A DNA stretch of 64,000 nucleotides from assembly GCA_964270895.1 (NCBI GenBank), contig OZ185449.1. One strand, given 5' to 3'. This document shows, piece by piece, positions 45,880 to 60,074 of the stretch. Positions within the stretch are counted from its first letter, which is position 1; each line of letters begins with the position of its first letter. This DNA comes from Podarcis filfolensis. Lineage: Eukaryota. Below the pieces are notes generated by a model. That model saw only the letters and a program-made list of their open reading frames with translations, was not told the origin of the DNA and searched no databases. A program made the translations under genes and the position numbers.

Positions 45880-46266
45880 GGGCCGCGCGGGTGGCACTGT
45901 GGTCTAAACCACTGAGTCTCTTGGGCTTGCTGATCAGAAGGTTGGAGGTTTGAATCCCCGCAACAGGGTGAGCTCTCGTTGCTCTGTGCCAGCTCCTGCC
46001 AACCTAGCAGTTCAAAAGCACACCAGTGCAAGTAGATAAATAGGTACTGCTACGGCGGGAAGGTAAACAACATTTCCATGTGCTCTGGTTTCCGTCCCGG
46101 TGTTCCGTTGCATCAGAAGCAGTTTAGTCATGCTGGCCGCATGACCCAGAAAGCTGGCTGTGGACAAACGCCGGCTTCCACAGCCTGAAAGCATATGAAC
46201 ACCGCAACCCCATAGTCGCCTTTGACTGGACTTAACTGTCCAGGGGTCCTTTACCTTTACCTTTAC
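45880..46266 (+). mobile_element. Sauria SINE
   Basis: Head gggtggcactgtggtctaaacc, body shared with the 9.5-9.9 kb copy, and an (ACCTTT)n tail. Confidence 0.9.
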
Positions 46267-47155
46267 TCTTGCCTCTGATTCATCAACTGACTCATAATGG
46301 CTATCTGTCAGGGATGTTTTAGCTGAGATTCCTGCATTGCAAGGGGTTGGACTAGATGACCCTTGAGTCCATTCCAGTCCTACAATCCTGTTATTCTGTG
46401 ATCTCCCAAGGATTGAACCCATTTCATCTAGGTAGTTTCCAGCCCTCCCTTCCTCTTGCCACAAGGGAAGCTCTAGGGTGGACAGGGCCCCCTTGAGCCA
46501 TCAGAGGCAGTGGTTAAGGCCCCCCCCCCCAGCTGCACCCTTCAAAGAGGCAGAGAAAGAGTTTACAAGTTTAATATTCATAGCTTGGTTTATTTGCATA
46601 TCGTGCCATAAATAGTAGACGATGAGGTGAAATACAAAGTGTTCCACTTGCATTTCTAATTGTGCTTAAAATCAGATGTAATCCTTTCTCTCTTAGAGAT
46701 TTACAATTGCCGTATTGCCATTCAGGTCTGTTATTGCAAAAACTGTCTGGGAAACAACAATAAGGTTGGAACCCACCCTGCACCCAGGAGAGGAACTGAG
46801 GTTCAGGACAGGTGGCAGGAAGGGAGAAGGGCCCCTCCCCAGAGGTTGCTCTGTTCTATGGGTTGGACTAGATGAGTTGGAGTAGATGGCCCTTTGGGTC
46901 CCTTCCAACCCTACAATTCTATGCTGTCCTTGGGATCCCACCTCCCTGTGCAATTTGGGTCCAGAAGGCAGCTAGCAAGCACAACATTTCAGATAAAATC
47001 ACATTAAAATAATAAACTACACAGAAGGCAGCAGGAAAACCAAATGTGTGTCATTTAAAGCTGGGTCCCCACCCACACACTCAATGTGGTACCTGTGGGC
47101 AGCCCCACAGCACCCACCCACCTCCCCTGGCCTTCCCATTTGTTATTTTACTTTT

Positions 47156-47561
47156 ATAGAATCATAGAATCATAGAGTTGGAAGAGACCACAAGGGCCCT
47201 CGAGTCCAACCCCCTGCCAAGCAGGAAACACCATCAGAGCACTCCTGACATATGGTTGTCAAGCCTCTGCTTAAAGACCTCCAAAGAAGGAGACTCCACC
47301 ACACTCCTTGGCAGCAAATTCCACTGTCGAACAGCTCTTACTGTCAGGAAGTTCTTCCTAATGTTTAGGTGGAATCTTCTTTCTTGTAGTTTGGATCCAT
47401 TGCTCCGTGTCCGCTTCTCTGGAGCAGCAGAAAACAACCTTTCTCCCTCCTCTATGTGACATCCTTTTATATATTTGAACATGGCTATCATATCACCCCT
47501 TAACCTCCTCTTCTCCAGGCTAAACATGCCCAGCTCCCTTAGCCGTTCCTCATAAGGCATC
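47156..47561 (-). mobile_element. CR1 LINE 3' fragment
   Basis: Translates [31 protein letters not shown]...[14 protein letters not shown]; (ATTCTATG)-type tail. Confidence 0.93.
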
Positions 47562-48316
47562 GTTTAAAATTTCTCAATTTTAAAATTGAGATAGTTTGAC
47601 TTTCTCTCTGCCTGTGTTTTTTTCTGGGGGTTCTAAGCATTGCTGCTACTTCCCCACTCTTTGCTAAAGGCCAAGGGAGAGAACAAGTCACAGATGACAG
47701 CCACCCCTGGGGAGGCAAAGGAAGACGCAGCTGATGGTTAAGAAGGACTCAGCAGGCTGGATGAGGGAAGGGAGGGGGCAGAAGTTCCCAGGTTCAGCCC
47801 CAAACACCACCTCCAGGTGGGGCTGAGGAAGGTCCTTTTTTCTACCTCAAGTCTTAGAGAGCTGCCACTACAGCATGGGAACTCCCAACTCTCACCATGA
47901 CCCTTAGCCTCTGGCCATGCCAACCAGGGCTGATGGGAGTGACCAAAGGCCTGACTCAGCCACCTCCTCCTCCTGCAACCTCTTTCAGAAATCTCCTTAA
48001 GACTTGGACGCTCATTGCAATATCTGCCTCCAAAATCATTAGCCTTCTGGTTAAGCTGGTTAAGACTCTCCCTGGGAGTAATTAGTTCCCTTTCACATGT
48101 AAGGATGGTTAAGTATTGTGGGGCTGGCTGGAGGAGACCTGGAGGAGTGGAGGAGCTGGAGGAGTGGAGCGTGGAGCAGCAGCTGCTCACATTTTCGCCT
48201 GCTCACAGAGTTCTGGTTTGAAAAGGAGGTCATTTTGCAGACCACCACCACCTCTGTCCATCACCGGCCCCCACATGGCAGCCACTTCTTCTTTAGGGCA
48301 TCTACCACCCCCAGCA

Positions 48317-48858
48317 GCGGACGCCTGCTCCTTGGGAGAAAGGCGATGGCAAACGTAGACAACATCTTAAAAAGCAGAGACATCACCTTGCCAACAAAGG
48401 TCCGTATAGTAAAAGCCATGGTTTCCCCAGTAGTGATGTATGGAAGTGAGAGCTGGACCATAAAGAAGGCTGATCACCGAAGTATTGATGCTTTTGAATT
48501 ATGGTGCTGGAGGAGACTCTTGAGAGTCCCATGGACTGCAAGAAGATCAAACGTATCCATTCTTAAGGAAATCAGCCCTGAGTGCTCGCTGGAAGGACAG
48601 ATCGTGAAGCTGAGGCTCCAATACTTTGGCCACCTCATGAGAAGAGAAGACTCCGTGGAAAAGACCCTGATGTTGGGAAAGACTGAGGGCACAAGAAGAA
48701 GGGGACGACAGAGGATGAGATGGTTAGACAGTGTTCTGGAAGCTACAAACATGAGTCTGACCAAACTGCGGGAGGCAGTGGAAGACAGGAGTGCCTGGCG
48801 TGCTCTGGTCCATCGGGTCACGAAGAGTCGGACACGACTAAACGACTAAACAACAACA
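48317..48858 (+). mobile_element. BovB (RTE) 3' fragment with an intact reading frame
   Basis: Translates LLLGRKAM...ESWTIKKA...DAFELWCWRRLLRVPWTARRSN...RRRGRQRMRWLD...KSRTRLND*. (CAA)n tail and 13-bp TSD ACCACCCCCAGCA (48304-48316, 48859-48871). Confidence 0.93.
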
Positions 48859-51800
48859 ACCACCCCCAGCAAGTGAACTCCATCTTCCTCTTTTCCCTCT
48901 TATTTCCCTTGGGGGAATCGAGTGATTGCAGGTTCATAAACATCTTCACAACAAAAATGTTAATGAAGTGTGTGAAGATGACAAACTCAGCAAAATAAAG
49001 GCAATAGATTGACTTACACAATTATACCATTACTATTCCATCAAATGACTGGGTCCCATTTCAAGGAATGCTTCCTTAAGAAAAGTGACTAAATATCAAG
49101 GCACTTGTTTAATTCCAGAAGGCTGGAGCCACAGCACTAAAAGCCCAGTTTCCAGTGCAAACTAAACATACTCCTCAGGCGTGGCACCCTCAGCAGGGCC
49201 ACAACCTAAGGAGCCCAGTGGCCAGGCAGAGGTGTAGGGGACCAGTCCTGATTAATGCCTTTTAATGTGCTCCTTTAATTGATGTGCATTAATTAAGCCC
49301 ATTCATACATCCAAAGAACGTACAGGTGGGGTAGGATGGCTGGGCAATGCCTCTCCCCAGCTGGCTTAGAGAAAAATATAACCCCCACCCCTACACACTT
49401 TCTTCCGTTAATCCTGCCAGCACCCAGAGAGAAATGAAAGCAAACTGTTCAGAATTCGCCATTTGTTGCCTTGCAGTTTTGCACCATTCAGATGTTCTTT
49501 GGCTTTGTGCCCGGACCTAATTTTAAACCCATTTACTAGAAATCCCACAAATTAAAGGAAATGTGGATAATGTTGTAAGAATCCTCTGGGCCAAATAAAA
49601 GCTAAACGTTGCCTGCCTTCCTGGTGCATCCGAGTAAGACCCTGAACCACAAAAGCCAGATTTCCCCAAAGCTCTTTTGCAACAGTGAGAGGATCTTGTT
49701 TTGTTAAAAGTTGCTCTGATTCATGACAGAATTACAAGGAAGGAGGGCAGGCGAGACAAGGCAGCAGCCACCCAGGCTGGGAGAGCCTCTAAGCCAAAGG
49801 CTGGAAGGAGCAACTAGGAAGAGGCTGAACCAGGGAAGAAAGCAGGTGGAAGAAAGCAAGAGAATGCAGCAGGGGGTGGGGAGAGAGAAGGAGGGGGGCA
49901 ACACACAAATACTGGACCACCCTCCACCCCCCACAGAAGAAGCTGTAATGCCCATGTTCCATTTTCTTTCCAATGGAAGGGGCACTCAGAACTCACAGCT
50001 GGTGAGGGCCAACTCTGCCCCACAACATGGCATACAGACAAGGGCAAGTCCCCAGCCTTGCGTTTGCAGAACACAGAGTGCTTTACACCTTAAGCTGCTT
50101 CCACCCTTGCACCTCCACCCCAGTGCCACATTTCTTCACAGAATCATAGAGCTGGAAGAGCCCACAAGGGTCATCTGGTTCAACCCCAAGCAGCGAAAGC
50201 ATCATAACGAAAGCATCACTGACAGGTGGCCATCCAACATCATATCAGAGCAAAACCTGAAGTTCCCCAATGAGGGAGTTCTGGAGGAGGTTGCTTTGGA
50301 CAAGGCAAGGTGGGAAAGGGACAGCCCAAACTCAAGACCTGGGGCTATGGCACCGAGGACTGTACCTGCTGCCCTTCCCCAGAAGCGGGTGGTTAGGGGT
50401 ATACCTTCCATAACTATGGAAGCTTGATTGGGAGTTATCAACCCAGACACCGAAAGGCCTTTCTAAAAAGTAGGGGGCGCTCTTCTCTACTCCCACAACC
50501 ATGAGGTGCTCCTGCTCCTGCTGCACACCAGACACCTCAACTGACAATCTTCTTGTGTCCACACAGCCCAAGGATTCCACATCCACGCTGCCTTCCTGAA
50601 TCCTTTGAAATCTTGCAGGAGGAGGAAGTGCAAGACCCCACTCCCCCCCCCATTAGATGATCACCCCACACAAAGCACTCATTAGGAGCTGATTCACTCC
50701 TCAAGTATGTCAACAAATTCAGAGGTTTTCCTGAACAAGCAGCCTTGGGGAGCAGCCCTCTGTGTGACCCTGCCCACCTTGCCTTATAGGAGGTTCCATA
50801 GGTGGACTGGAAGAATGGAGAGGAAACGGAGGCAGCCTTGGCTCTTCTGTAAACTGTAAGCAAAGCAATGGAGCTGCAGCCCAGCAAGCAAACTAACTTG
50901 TGGCTTCACTCCAGGTCCACAAGCAGACATTGGGCAAAAACCTTCTAAAAGCTTGTTACACACAAAGGTGTCTACAGTGCAGATATTTTCCTGGCCTCCC
51001 TGGTGCAAAATACCACCATCCTTGGATCTGGGCACTCATTCATTTTGCAGCAAACCTCCACCTACAACTTACGATCAACTATCGTCCTGACGTTATACTG
51101 TATTTCATGTATGCTTCCTTTTTTAAAAAAAGGAAAGAAAATAATTATGCAGAAGCTGGAAGCGCTTCCAAGGTTTGCAAATAAGACCAGCATTTTGGGA
51201 AGCTTCCCTGGATCAATATGCTTTTCTCTGCTTGCCTGTGAAAATATTCAAATGCTCAGCCTATGAAGCCAAGTCCTTTTCCTATACTTTGCTTTCCTTC
51301 TGAGGCAGAAGAGGAGGGGCTGCATAAACCACCAGGTGACCTGAACCTGGAAAGTGACAAGACTCAGGGAATGATTCTGCTGCTGTTTTGTCCATCTGCT
51401 GAGGGATAGGGAATAGCTTTCCCAGCCATTCTCCCCTTACTCAACCACTGCCCCCCACCAGTGCCTATGGGGGGGGGGGAAACTCCTGTGTGTGGAGCAG
51501 CTGGGGATGAAGACCCAGAGAAGGGGACAGAACAAAACTGAGTGGGCCCATTAGTTCTTTGCAGCACTCCAGGAACCAGTAAAACACTCCTCACTTGCGC
51601 AAGTGTCAAAGCAAGGGCAAAAGGACCCAGGGACATTCATCAGCAAACACCCCCTTCTTTAGCTCAGTTTCCTGGACAAAGAGGATTAAGCAAGCTCTTG
51701 GAGCAGTGGTGTCCAAAGTTTTTTCAAAGAGAGCCAGATTTGATGAAGTGAAAGGCTGTGGGGGCTGTGTTGAGCTTTTTTTTAGGATTGAGGTTGTTAA

Positions 51801-54800
51801 GGTTTTTTTTAGGATTTTACCCGAGAATAAACTGCCACAAGGGCCAGATTAAACCAACTGGCAGGCCGGATTAGGCCCCCTAATCGGACTTTGGACATGC
51901 CTGAGGATCAGTATACCAGTAACCACTACCCCACCCCCAGCAACTGGTATTCAGAGACATCATGCCATGATGGTCCAGTTGCTGGAAATTGCAAGTATGG
52001 AGAGTTGCTACTGTGGAGCTCAGGTCCTGTTCATGAACTGGAATTTCTTCCTGCCTTTCCATTTGTAGCTACCAGATTAGGATGGATTGCTGGGCAATGG
52101 GGAGGAGGCATCTAGGTCATCAGGGAAAGTAGCAAAACAATGCTTTACACAGGTCCAGGGTTGCAGCATTGGAGTAAATGCACTGACCCCACAGAGCCCT
52201 TCCCAGCTGAAAGAATGAGAATCACAGCAAGAGAGAATTTCAGCCAGGTCTCTTCAGTGAGAGAGCTCTGAAAAATGCACGTTCTGCACCGCTGAAGTTA
52301 CAACCTTCAAAATTGGGAAATACAGGAAATTTTGCAGTCAAGCTCAAATAAGACTGTGCTCTCCCTTGTTTTCTCCTCCTCCTCCTCTTTTTATTTTATT
52401 TTTAACCACAAAGTTCTTCTTAAGAAACAAACAGTTGTTGAAACAGCTTTCAAGCTCACTCGCCACATTAGTTAAATAGCAAGAATGGCATTGCTCAGCA
52501 TCGTGTCCCTCTTGGCATGGGTGATTCCCCACAGAGAACACCATCCAAAGAGGGCCAGGAGATGCCTAAGAACCAGAGTCCCTTGCGCCAAGTGGCATCC
52601 TTGGGCAGCAGTTGAGTTCCCTGCCCCTATGCATCCCCAAACCTCCCTGCATGTCCCTCATAATGACTGAGCAGCAGAACAGCAAACTGGCCAAAAGGGC
52701 AAGTTGAACCACTCTTGCTGGCTCCTCCCAAGCCTCTAACTTGATGATTTATGGCCCCCATTAATGTTCTAGCTTCTTAATTGGGTTTCTGAGAACCATT
52801 ATATTCTCTCCAGAATCAGACATAACTGAAAAACCCTTAACAAAACATTTTGCCATCAGCTGCATTACATAAATGGCTGCTACACCAAAAAACAAGATAA
52901 TATTAAATTAAAACTAAACAGCACCAATCCACCTCTCCCACTACAATGGACCCAAGGGCCTCTGCTATCATGCAACTAAGGTGGGACACACCTGCCTCTT
53001 TCACAACTAAGGAAAAATGAAAGACTGCGCACCTATAACCAGTAATATTCAAGGGGTCATCTGCACATCCCCCACCTGCACCTGCACATCCCCCACCTAC
53101 ATTCAAACACCCAGGGTTTTCATGGGGGAAACTGGTGGCCTGTAATATTTGATTACTTTCATGTCAGCATAGATGTCTAATGGCTCAGAAGTTACTGCAT
53201 CCATAAAATATACAGTCTCATTTTTTCTTGCTCCAAAAACCTGATAGGATTAATATAGTTAGCATGAGATCTTAGTCATAAAGTCAGATGTAAGTGGTGG
53301 TAAAATTAGCTGCCAAAATGGTCTGCTTGTGGAAATCATTTCTTCTGTGCATTGTGCCCCCCTCCTTTTACATTTTAGAAAGGGGGAAGAATAAAGGGAA
53401 TGGGCTGGAAATTAGAATAGTTGGTTTCTGCATTTGAGGCTTTTCTACAAATGGGTTTGTTTCATCTTTTTCCGGCAAGAAGGGGAAAGGCAGTAAGTGC
53501 TTTTAAGCTCTGCTATATATTTGAATAGCCTGGGGTACAACTGGGGTTTTTTTAATAGCAATTAGGATTTGTGTAGATTTATTTGCTCCAAAGAATAGCG
53601 GGTGCAACGGGGGTGGGGTGGGGGTAGCAACAGCCTGCCCCCATCTTCAGGTGGCATGTCCACACTACAACCTGAGGTGACTCTCTGCAGCATCCATCCC
53701 AGTGGAACACCCTGACCCCAAAGCAAACAGAGGTGGAAACTGTGACCAAAGCACCAAGATAAAGAGGAGGAGGAGGTAAAGAGAGGACACTGGTACTTAG
53801 CACTAGCAGTGACAGGACCCAGAGCCTCATGCCCTTTAAAACAATCTGTTCCACAGCAAGATGTCAGACACTAGGCTAGATGGTCTTTGGTTTGGTCCAG
53901 CTGCAGGGCTCTTCTTCATTTAGGAGCACTGGAAGCCATCTTCTTCCAAGTCAGATTTATTGGTCCATCTAGGTCAGTACTGTCAACACTGACTGGCAGG
54001 AACAACTTTCCAGGTTTTGAGGCAGAGAACATTCCCACCTAGAGATATTGGGCGTTGAAACTAGGACTTTTGCATGCTGATCTATTAAATTCACAATTTG
54101 ATTTATTTATTTTGAAGGGGAGACAGCAGAGCAAACGGGGGGGGGGGGGTAACCCACACATCCATTCTGCAGCTAGGCAGAAGTCGGGACACTTATTTTA
54201 TGCAAGAATAGCCTGAACCAAGCATCATTATAATTCATTTTCAGAACACCTTTTATTATATTCACTCGCAAATTAAACTAAGTTGGAATAATCATGCCTC
54301 TGCTTTGAATTTACATAACCAATTGAGATTCTTGGCTGTTACTCTCATGCTGAGAGAAGAAAAAAAATTTAAATTGTATCACTGTAGATGTGAAAAGGAT
54401 TAACTCTTCCCTAGTTTAGGGATCAAAGATGCATTTATTGCAAGGGCAGTAAACTAACTCTGCCAATTCTGCAGAGCTGCCTCCCCCATGGAGTCACAGA
54501 CCGAGAGTTCGAAGGGATCAGAAAGGCCATCTATTTCAACCCCTTGCAATGTTAGGTATCTGGAAAGAGGCAAGAATGAATTGGGCCACTGAGGGGGAGG
54601 CAGATTGCAGCCCCTTCAGGAAGCCCCACAGCCCAAGTAGAGAATTATACCTGGAGGGAGCAGGCAGGGGGGTCAGAGAGACAAGTGACTACAGCCCTGG
54701 GAGCAGGAGGGAGAAGCAAAAGGCTTGTCAAGAACCCTGACAAACCCTGAACAATCAGTTGTCATTTCTCCAGAGTGCCAGGAAAAGCCTGGAAAGTTTA

Positions 54801-55417
54801 GTCAAAACATTCTCCATAGTAATTTGCACTATAAAAGAAAACATTTATGTAAGGAGAAAACTGAGCGGAGAAAAATATCCCTTCTTGCGACTGTGTTTGA
54901 ATTAAAACCTCCTGCTCCTCTAATTCATGATGCCACACAAACATCTTATAAGGAAGAGGATATCTTCAGAGCCATTTGTTTAGCAGATTCCATTCTATGG
55001 GCACAGGGGGGTAAAGGGGAGGGAGAAGGGGGAGCACTAATTAATGCATTAATAAAAACAAGTATTGTGGGAGGAAGAAGGTGATTGAGTTGGTGATGGC
55101 CTGGGCTTTCATTCAAGCTCAGAAATATCAGGGGAAGTCATGGGGAGACAAATCTGCCATTTATGACAGTTTTCCATCTCTCACAAAACAGAGTCCTATT
55201 TTGGACACCACTCCTAGGAGGCCCCTTGAGCCCCTTACATCTGACACACATACTCCACTGCCCCTGTTTTGTCTGAAATGGCCCTCAGCCAGCCTTGGCA
55301 TTTCTCTGAACTGTGCTATTGTAGGTTCTGGGAAAACAAAGCTTGAAGCAAAAGAAGCGTCAGCTTCGGCCTTGGGCCTCCTGCACTGGGGAAGCTGTTA
55401 TGCTGACTGGATGCATG

Positions 55418-55558
55418 CAGTGGCGTAGCGTGGGGGGTGCAGGGGGGGCCGGCCGCACTGGGCGCAACATCTGGGGGTTAGGGGGCGCAAATCCACGGGT
55501 TAGGGGGCGCAAATTACTTGCCTTGCCCCGGGTGCTGACAACCCACGCTACACCACTG
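55418..55558. mobile_element. hAT-type MITE
   Basis: TIRs CAGTGGCGTAGCGTGG / CCACGCTACACCACTG with 8-bp TSD GATGCATG (55410-55417, 55559-55566). Confidence 0.88.
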
Positions 55559-56143
55559 GATGCATGTGCCACTGTTTTAAACTGAGGGCATATATATGTA
55601 TATACACACACAAGCAACAAAAATTTAGACTGTTTTTATATACGCAACTTTTCAACTGTTTCCTAAAAGCTTTTGCTATCCTGCACATCTCTTCAGAATG
55701 CTTTTCCACCTGGCCTAGGAGGGTGGGGTCCCAACTGACTCCAGCTGCTAAAGCTGAGGCTGTGGTGTTTTCGGGGAGTTTGTTGCAGGGTGTGTGTGCT
55801 GCTGTTGGGTTTTTTGTATCCTTGTTATACATCTTATGATTTATATGAAAATTGTTCCATTTTTGTTGTATATTTTTAATGTTTCATTAAAACATTATTC
55901 CAGCTCACATGGAATGCCAAACTCAGAAAAGACAATTTCCTGAAGGGTCATTGTGCCATTCTGTTGCAGAAAACAGCAAAAAGTCTTCTCGCATCATAAG
56001 GACCACCAGTTTCTTATGATGTGAGATCTGCTGGCATCTCGGACAAAAGAGGCTGGCTGATTCCATCAGAGATTTTTGAGCCCCCTGTGTCTAGTGGCCC
56101 CTTCCCCAAATTATGTATGGGGCTTTGTGAGATAGTACAGTGG

Positions 56144-56230
56144 GCTCCCTCGGCCAATAAAGCGAGATGAGCGCCGCAACCCCAGAGTCGGTCACGACTG
56201 CACCTAATGGTCAGGGGTCCCTTTACCTTT
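56144..56230 (+). mobile_element. 5'-truncated Sauria SINE inserted into a MITE terminus
   Basis: SINE 3' end (gcgagatgagcgccgcaaccccagagtc...ctttaccttt) flanked by TACAGTGG at 56136-56143 and 56231-56238. Confidence 0.8.
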
Positions 56231-56232
56231 TA

Positions 56233-56478
56233 CAGTGGTACCTCTGGATGTGAACGGGATCTGTTCCGGAGCCCTGTTCGCATCCTGAAGTGAACGCAAT
56301 CCGCGTCTGCACGTGTCGTGATTTGCCACTTCTGCACATGCGTGTGACGTCATTTTGAGCGCCTGCGCATGCGTGAGCAGCGAAACCTGGAAGTAACGTG
56401 CTCCATTACTTCCAGGTCGCTGTGGAGCGCAACCCGAAAATGCTTAACCCGAAGCTACTTCAACCCAAGGTATGACTG
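56233..56478. mobile_element. Tc1/mariner (Tigger-like) MITE
   Basis: TA-CAGTGGTACCTC...AGGTATGACTG-TA. Confidence 0.82.
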
Positions 56479-59400
56479 TAATATCTGCTTCAAGAGAGGT
56501 TTGAGCAATAACCACTAAATGGCTGCACAGTTGTCATGAGATCTTCACCAATGCAAAGAACAGATGGATCAGTTTGTTTCCTTCACTATTTGAGAAAGAG
56601 GGAATTTATAAAATCAGGAGCAGCAAAGGCTGCGGCCAAATTCACTGGCATTCTTGGATTGCTGTTTCAGATGTTGTCATTCTACATCCATAAAACAGTT
56701 TTGGGAACGTCTCCCTGCACGTGGCTGGCAGCTGGAGACACAATTTTGGGGTTAAGTGGGATAACAATTTAAATACTGTACATAAAAATAAAAATAAAGG
56801 AACTCAAACATCCAAGCAAGTTATTCAAAGGCAATCCCAAGAGTCCAAGATGTCAATCAGATCTGGAAGACCGTATATTTCAGGCAAAAATGCAACTTCC
56901 AAAGACAAACCAGCAGTGGTGGGAGGGGGGAATCTCCTTCCCTGCTGGCAGCTTACGCCTCCCCCTTGCAGATCCCAATTGCTAACTCTGGGAGTTGTTG
57001 GACCTGGTGCTTAGACAGAGGCACTTGGTGTGTCTTCCCACTGGCCCTGCAGAAGGGAGAGCTGCTAATGAGATTGGGGCAAAGTGTAAGGCACTTCGGT
57101 GGGCAGCCAGCCTGTGGCAGCACCAATGCATCCTGAGAGCCAGTACTGCCACCTGTAAGAGCAGGACTGAGTGGGAGGTGGCAGGCAGGTGTCCCTTGGG
57201 GACCAACTGGACCCAGGCTTGTTGCCTTGAAGTCCCCCACTTCCCAAATGTGTGTGTCTGTGTTCCCATTTCAGGATAACTGACTCAGCAGGGGGTCAGT
57301 GGAGAATAAAAATTGTGCAGTTAAGATGAGACGGGGAGGAAGAGAAGATGGTCCAAGATGCTTGAGCAGCTTCAGAAGTCAGAAATGCAGGCAGCATTAA
57401 CATTTTAATTGTTATGCATCTTTTTAATCTTCCTTCACACTAATGATTTTACAGTCTTCAAAAAAACAACAAGAGGAAAACTGCTGAGAACAAAAGAACC
57501 CCTCCAACGTTTAACAGAATTTAAGTCCATAATGAGAACTGAAACAAGCCTAGTAATCTATGGTGCATTAAAAACAGAAAACGTTTCTGCAAGCATCAGG
57601 AAATTCAAATTTAGGGTTGCAACCTTAACTCTGCTCTCTTGCAGAGATGCATTAAAACTGGGCATCAAAGTGCTTCCAGATATGAAGATTCTGGAAAAGG
57701 CAACACTTCAGAAGATCAAGTATGCTGTAAGTGGAGGACTATGGCCAAGTGGGGGTGGGGTAGGATCCTATTCAACTATGGAGCTCACTGGGTGATTTCA
57801 AGGCCAGTCATTGCCTCTCAGGCTGGCCTACCCACAAGCTTGCTGGGAAGGAAAATATGGGGAGAAACGCTGCACCCCTTGTAGACATGCAAACATGGCA
57901 GGTAGGCAGAAGACTCCTCTGTCCACCTAGGGATATTTGGGAAGGCATCATATTGGGGGCACTGCTGGTGAACAGGTGGGCAGGAGGATAAAAAATGCAA
58001 AAGCAAGCAAGGGCATTGCTGCTCTGCAAAGAGGCTCCTTTGCTTTATTATTACTTCAGACATTAAGCTGTATGCCGTGTACTTATTTTCAGCAAAAGAG
58101 CAATTTACACACCCAAAAGGAAATGCTCCATTTGTCCCACATGCTAATTCTACAACAAGGTGCAAGATTTAGGAGAGGGGCTGAAATATCTTCCAATCCC
58201 CAGCTTTCCCCCCCTTGCTTTTTTCTTTTTTCTTTCATAACCAGGTGCAGGGCTACAGTTAAAGCATGTCATGAACCTGGGTGGCAACCAGGCAGACCAT
58301 GAAGCAAAACAGTGGCTGAATCCTTGCAAAGCTCACAAAGCAGATTCCATGCTATGATCCCTAGAAGAGTTTCATGTTATTTTGGTGGGGCAGGTTTTGA
58401 GAACACAAAACCAGGCCCAAAGAGCCTTGTGTGATTTCACTGACTACTGTGAGTCCCAGAAACCACACCACTCTCTCCTATCCCCGCCAACACAAAAGGG
58501 TTTGTGTGTTCTTTTTCAGTCCTTTTCACAGGCACCAAGCAAGAAGTAATCCAGCTTCTTTCTTAAGAAAGCATAAAGAGGGGACCCTGGTATCTCTGTG
58601 CCCAGAGCAAGTAGACTATGCCTGTGTGTATGTGCAGAGTGCTAAACACAGCCACTGCAAAGCTACCATTCTGCAGGTTGCAGCTCCCATCCCTTACCCT
58701 GAAAAAGTCCATTTAGACATTCACTGGAGCAAACTGTCCCTGAAATCCCTGGAGATCTGGCCTCTGCACCAGTGTTAGAAACTCAGATATATAAACTAGG
58801 CGCCAAACAACTCCTTAAACCAGGGTTATAGACACCAAAACAGAATGTCTAGTTGCCATGTTGGGGCCAGACGGCTTGAAACTTCTATTTTTCAATACGG
58901 CTTTTTGTTCCTGAAATTCATTCTGATTGTGCAGATAAAATATCACTGATAGAATTCTACAGGATTAGTTGTTAATGTGTGAAAACAGGCAAGATCGAAG
59001 GATCCCCAGGCATGCACCTCCAGATGGTGGAGATGTAAGCCATCTTGGCGCCTGGGCATCTTCACTTGGTCACCTGGCACCTGGTGAATTTTGAACACTG
59101 CTCTGCCCTCCTCGATGACTCTCTTCATGAGGCAGAGAAGGAAGAGGAAGATGAAGAGGAGGAGCCTGCCTCTCCTCTCAATTCATGGGGCTCTTGACAG
59201 GTGGGACAGGATGAAATTTTCAGAAGACTTCATTCTGTGACCCAAAAGCAAATTAATAATAATAATTATTATTAAATAAATAATGGCAAGACTAATAATA
59301 CTGGAGGAGTATTATTTATGCATTTTATTGAAAAGCTTCAAACCCTTTGGATGAAGCAGAAAATATGCATGAATAAATAAAAGGCAGGCTGACCTAGAAA

Positions 59401-59907
59401 AGGCACTGCTCAGATTTCTCCCTCCTTCAGAAATTTCTCTTCCATGGCAAACTTAAATGGCTGAAGTAAATGTGTGCATTGAAAAAGGGGTGGGGGGACT
59501 TGATAAGGATCTGTGAGCTTCCAGGACTTATGGGTTTTGAGACCAGGGAGATAAGAAACACAAGAGTAATTGCTTCACTGTTTGGAGATGGAGCTTTCAG
59601 GCTCCCCCTGAATGCCAAAGGCAGCTGCTCCTAGCCCTGCAGCAACCTGGATCACAGCTGTACTAAGCCTCAGGATCATGTTTTATATGGGCAGCTCTTA
59701 CTTCCATCCCGCTTTGCAGGCAGTGAGCCATGTGCTCAAGAGGTGAAAGGTCACTTGTTTGTGGTCTTGCCTAGGAAGGCCTGGCCCCAACTTTGGGCCA
59801 AATCACAGGTCCCAACAAACATCAGGGAACAACAGTTCCAAGAGTGGAGGCAGTTTTCCCCCTGACAAGCAAGCCAGGTCATGGAACAAAACATTACACA
59901 TGATTTA

Positions 59908-60074
59908 CCGTATTTACTCAAATGTAATGCACACCTTTTTTTGGCCAAACTAAGTCTTGAAAATTAGGGTGCACATTAGGTTTGATGGCGCATTTACATT
60001 CACCACAAATACTTCTTTGGTTTCAAGGTTTTGAAAATGGAGGTGCATTGTGCATTAGATTCGCATAAATACAG
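59908..60074. mobile_element. Tc1/mariner-pogo MITE
   Basis: TA-CCGTATTTACTCAAATGTAATGCAC...GTGCATTAGATTCGCATAAATACAG-TA. Confidence 0.8.
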
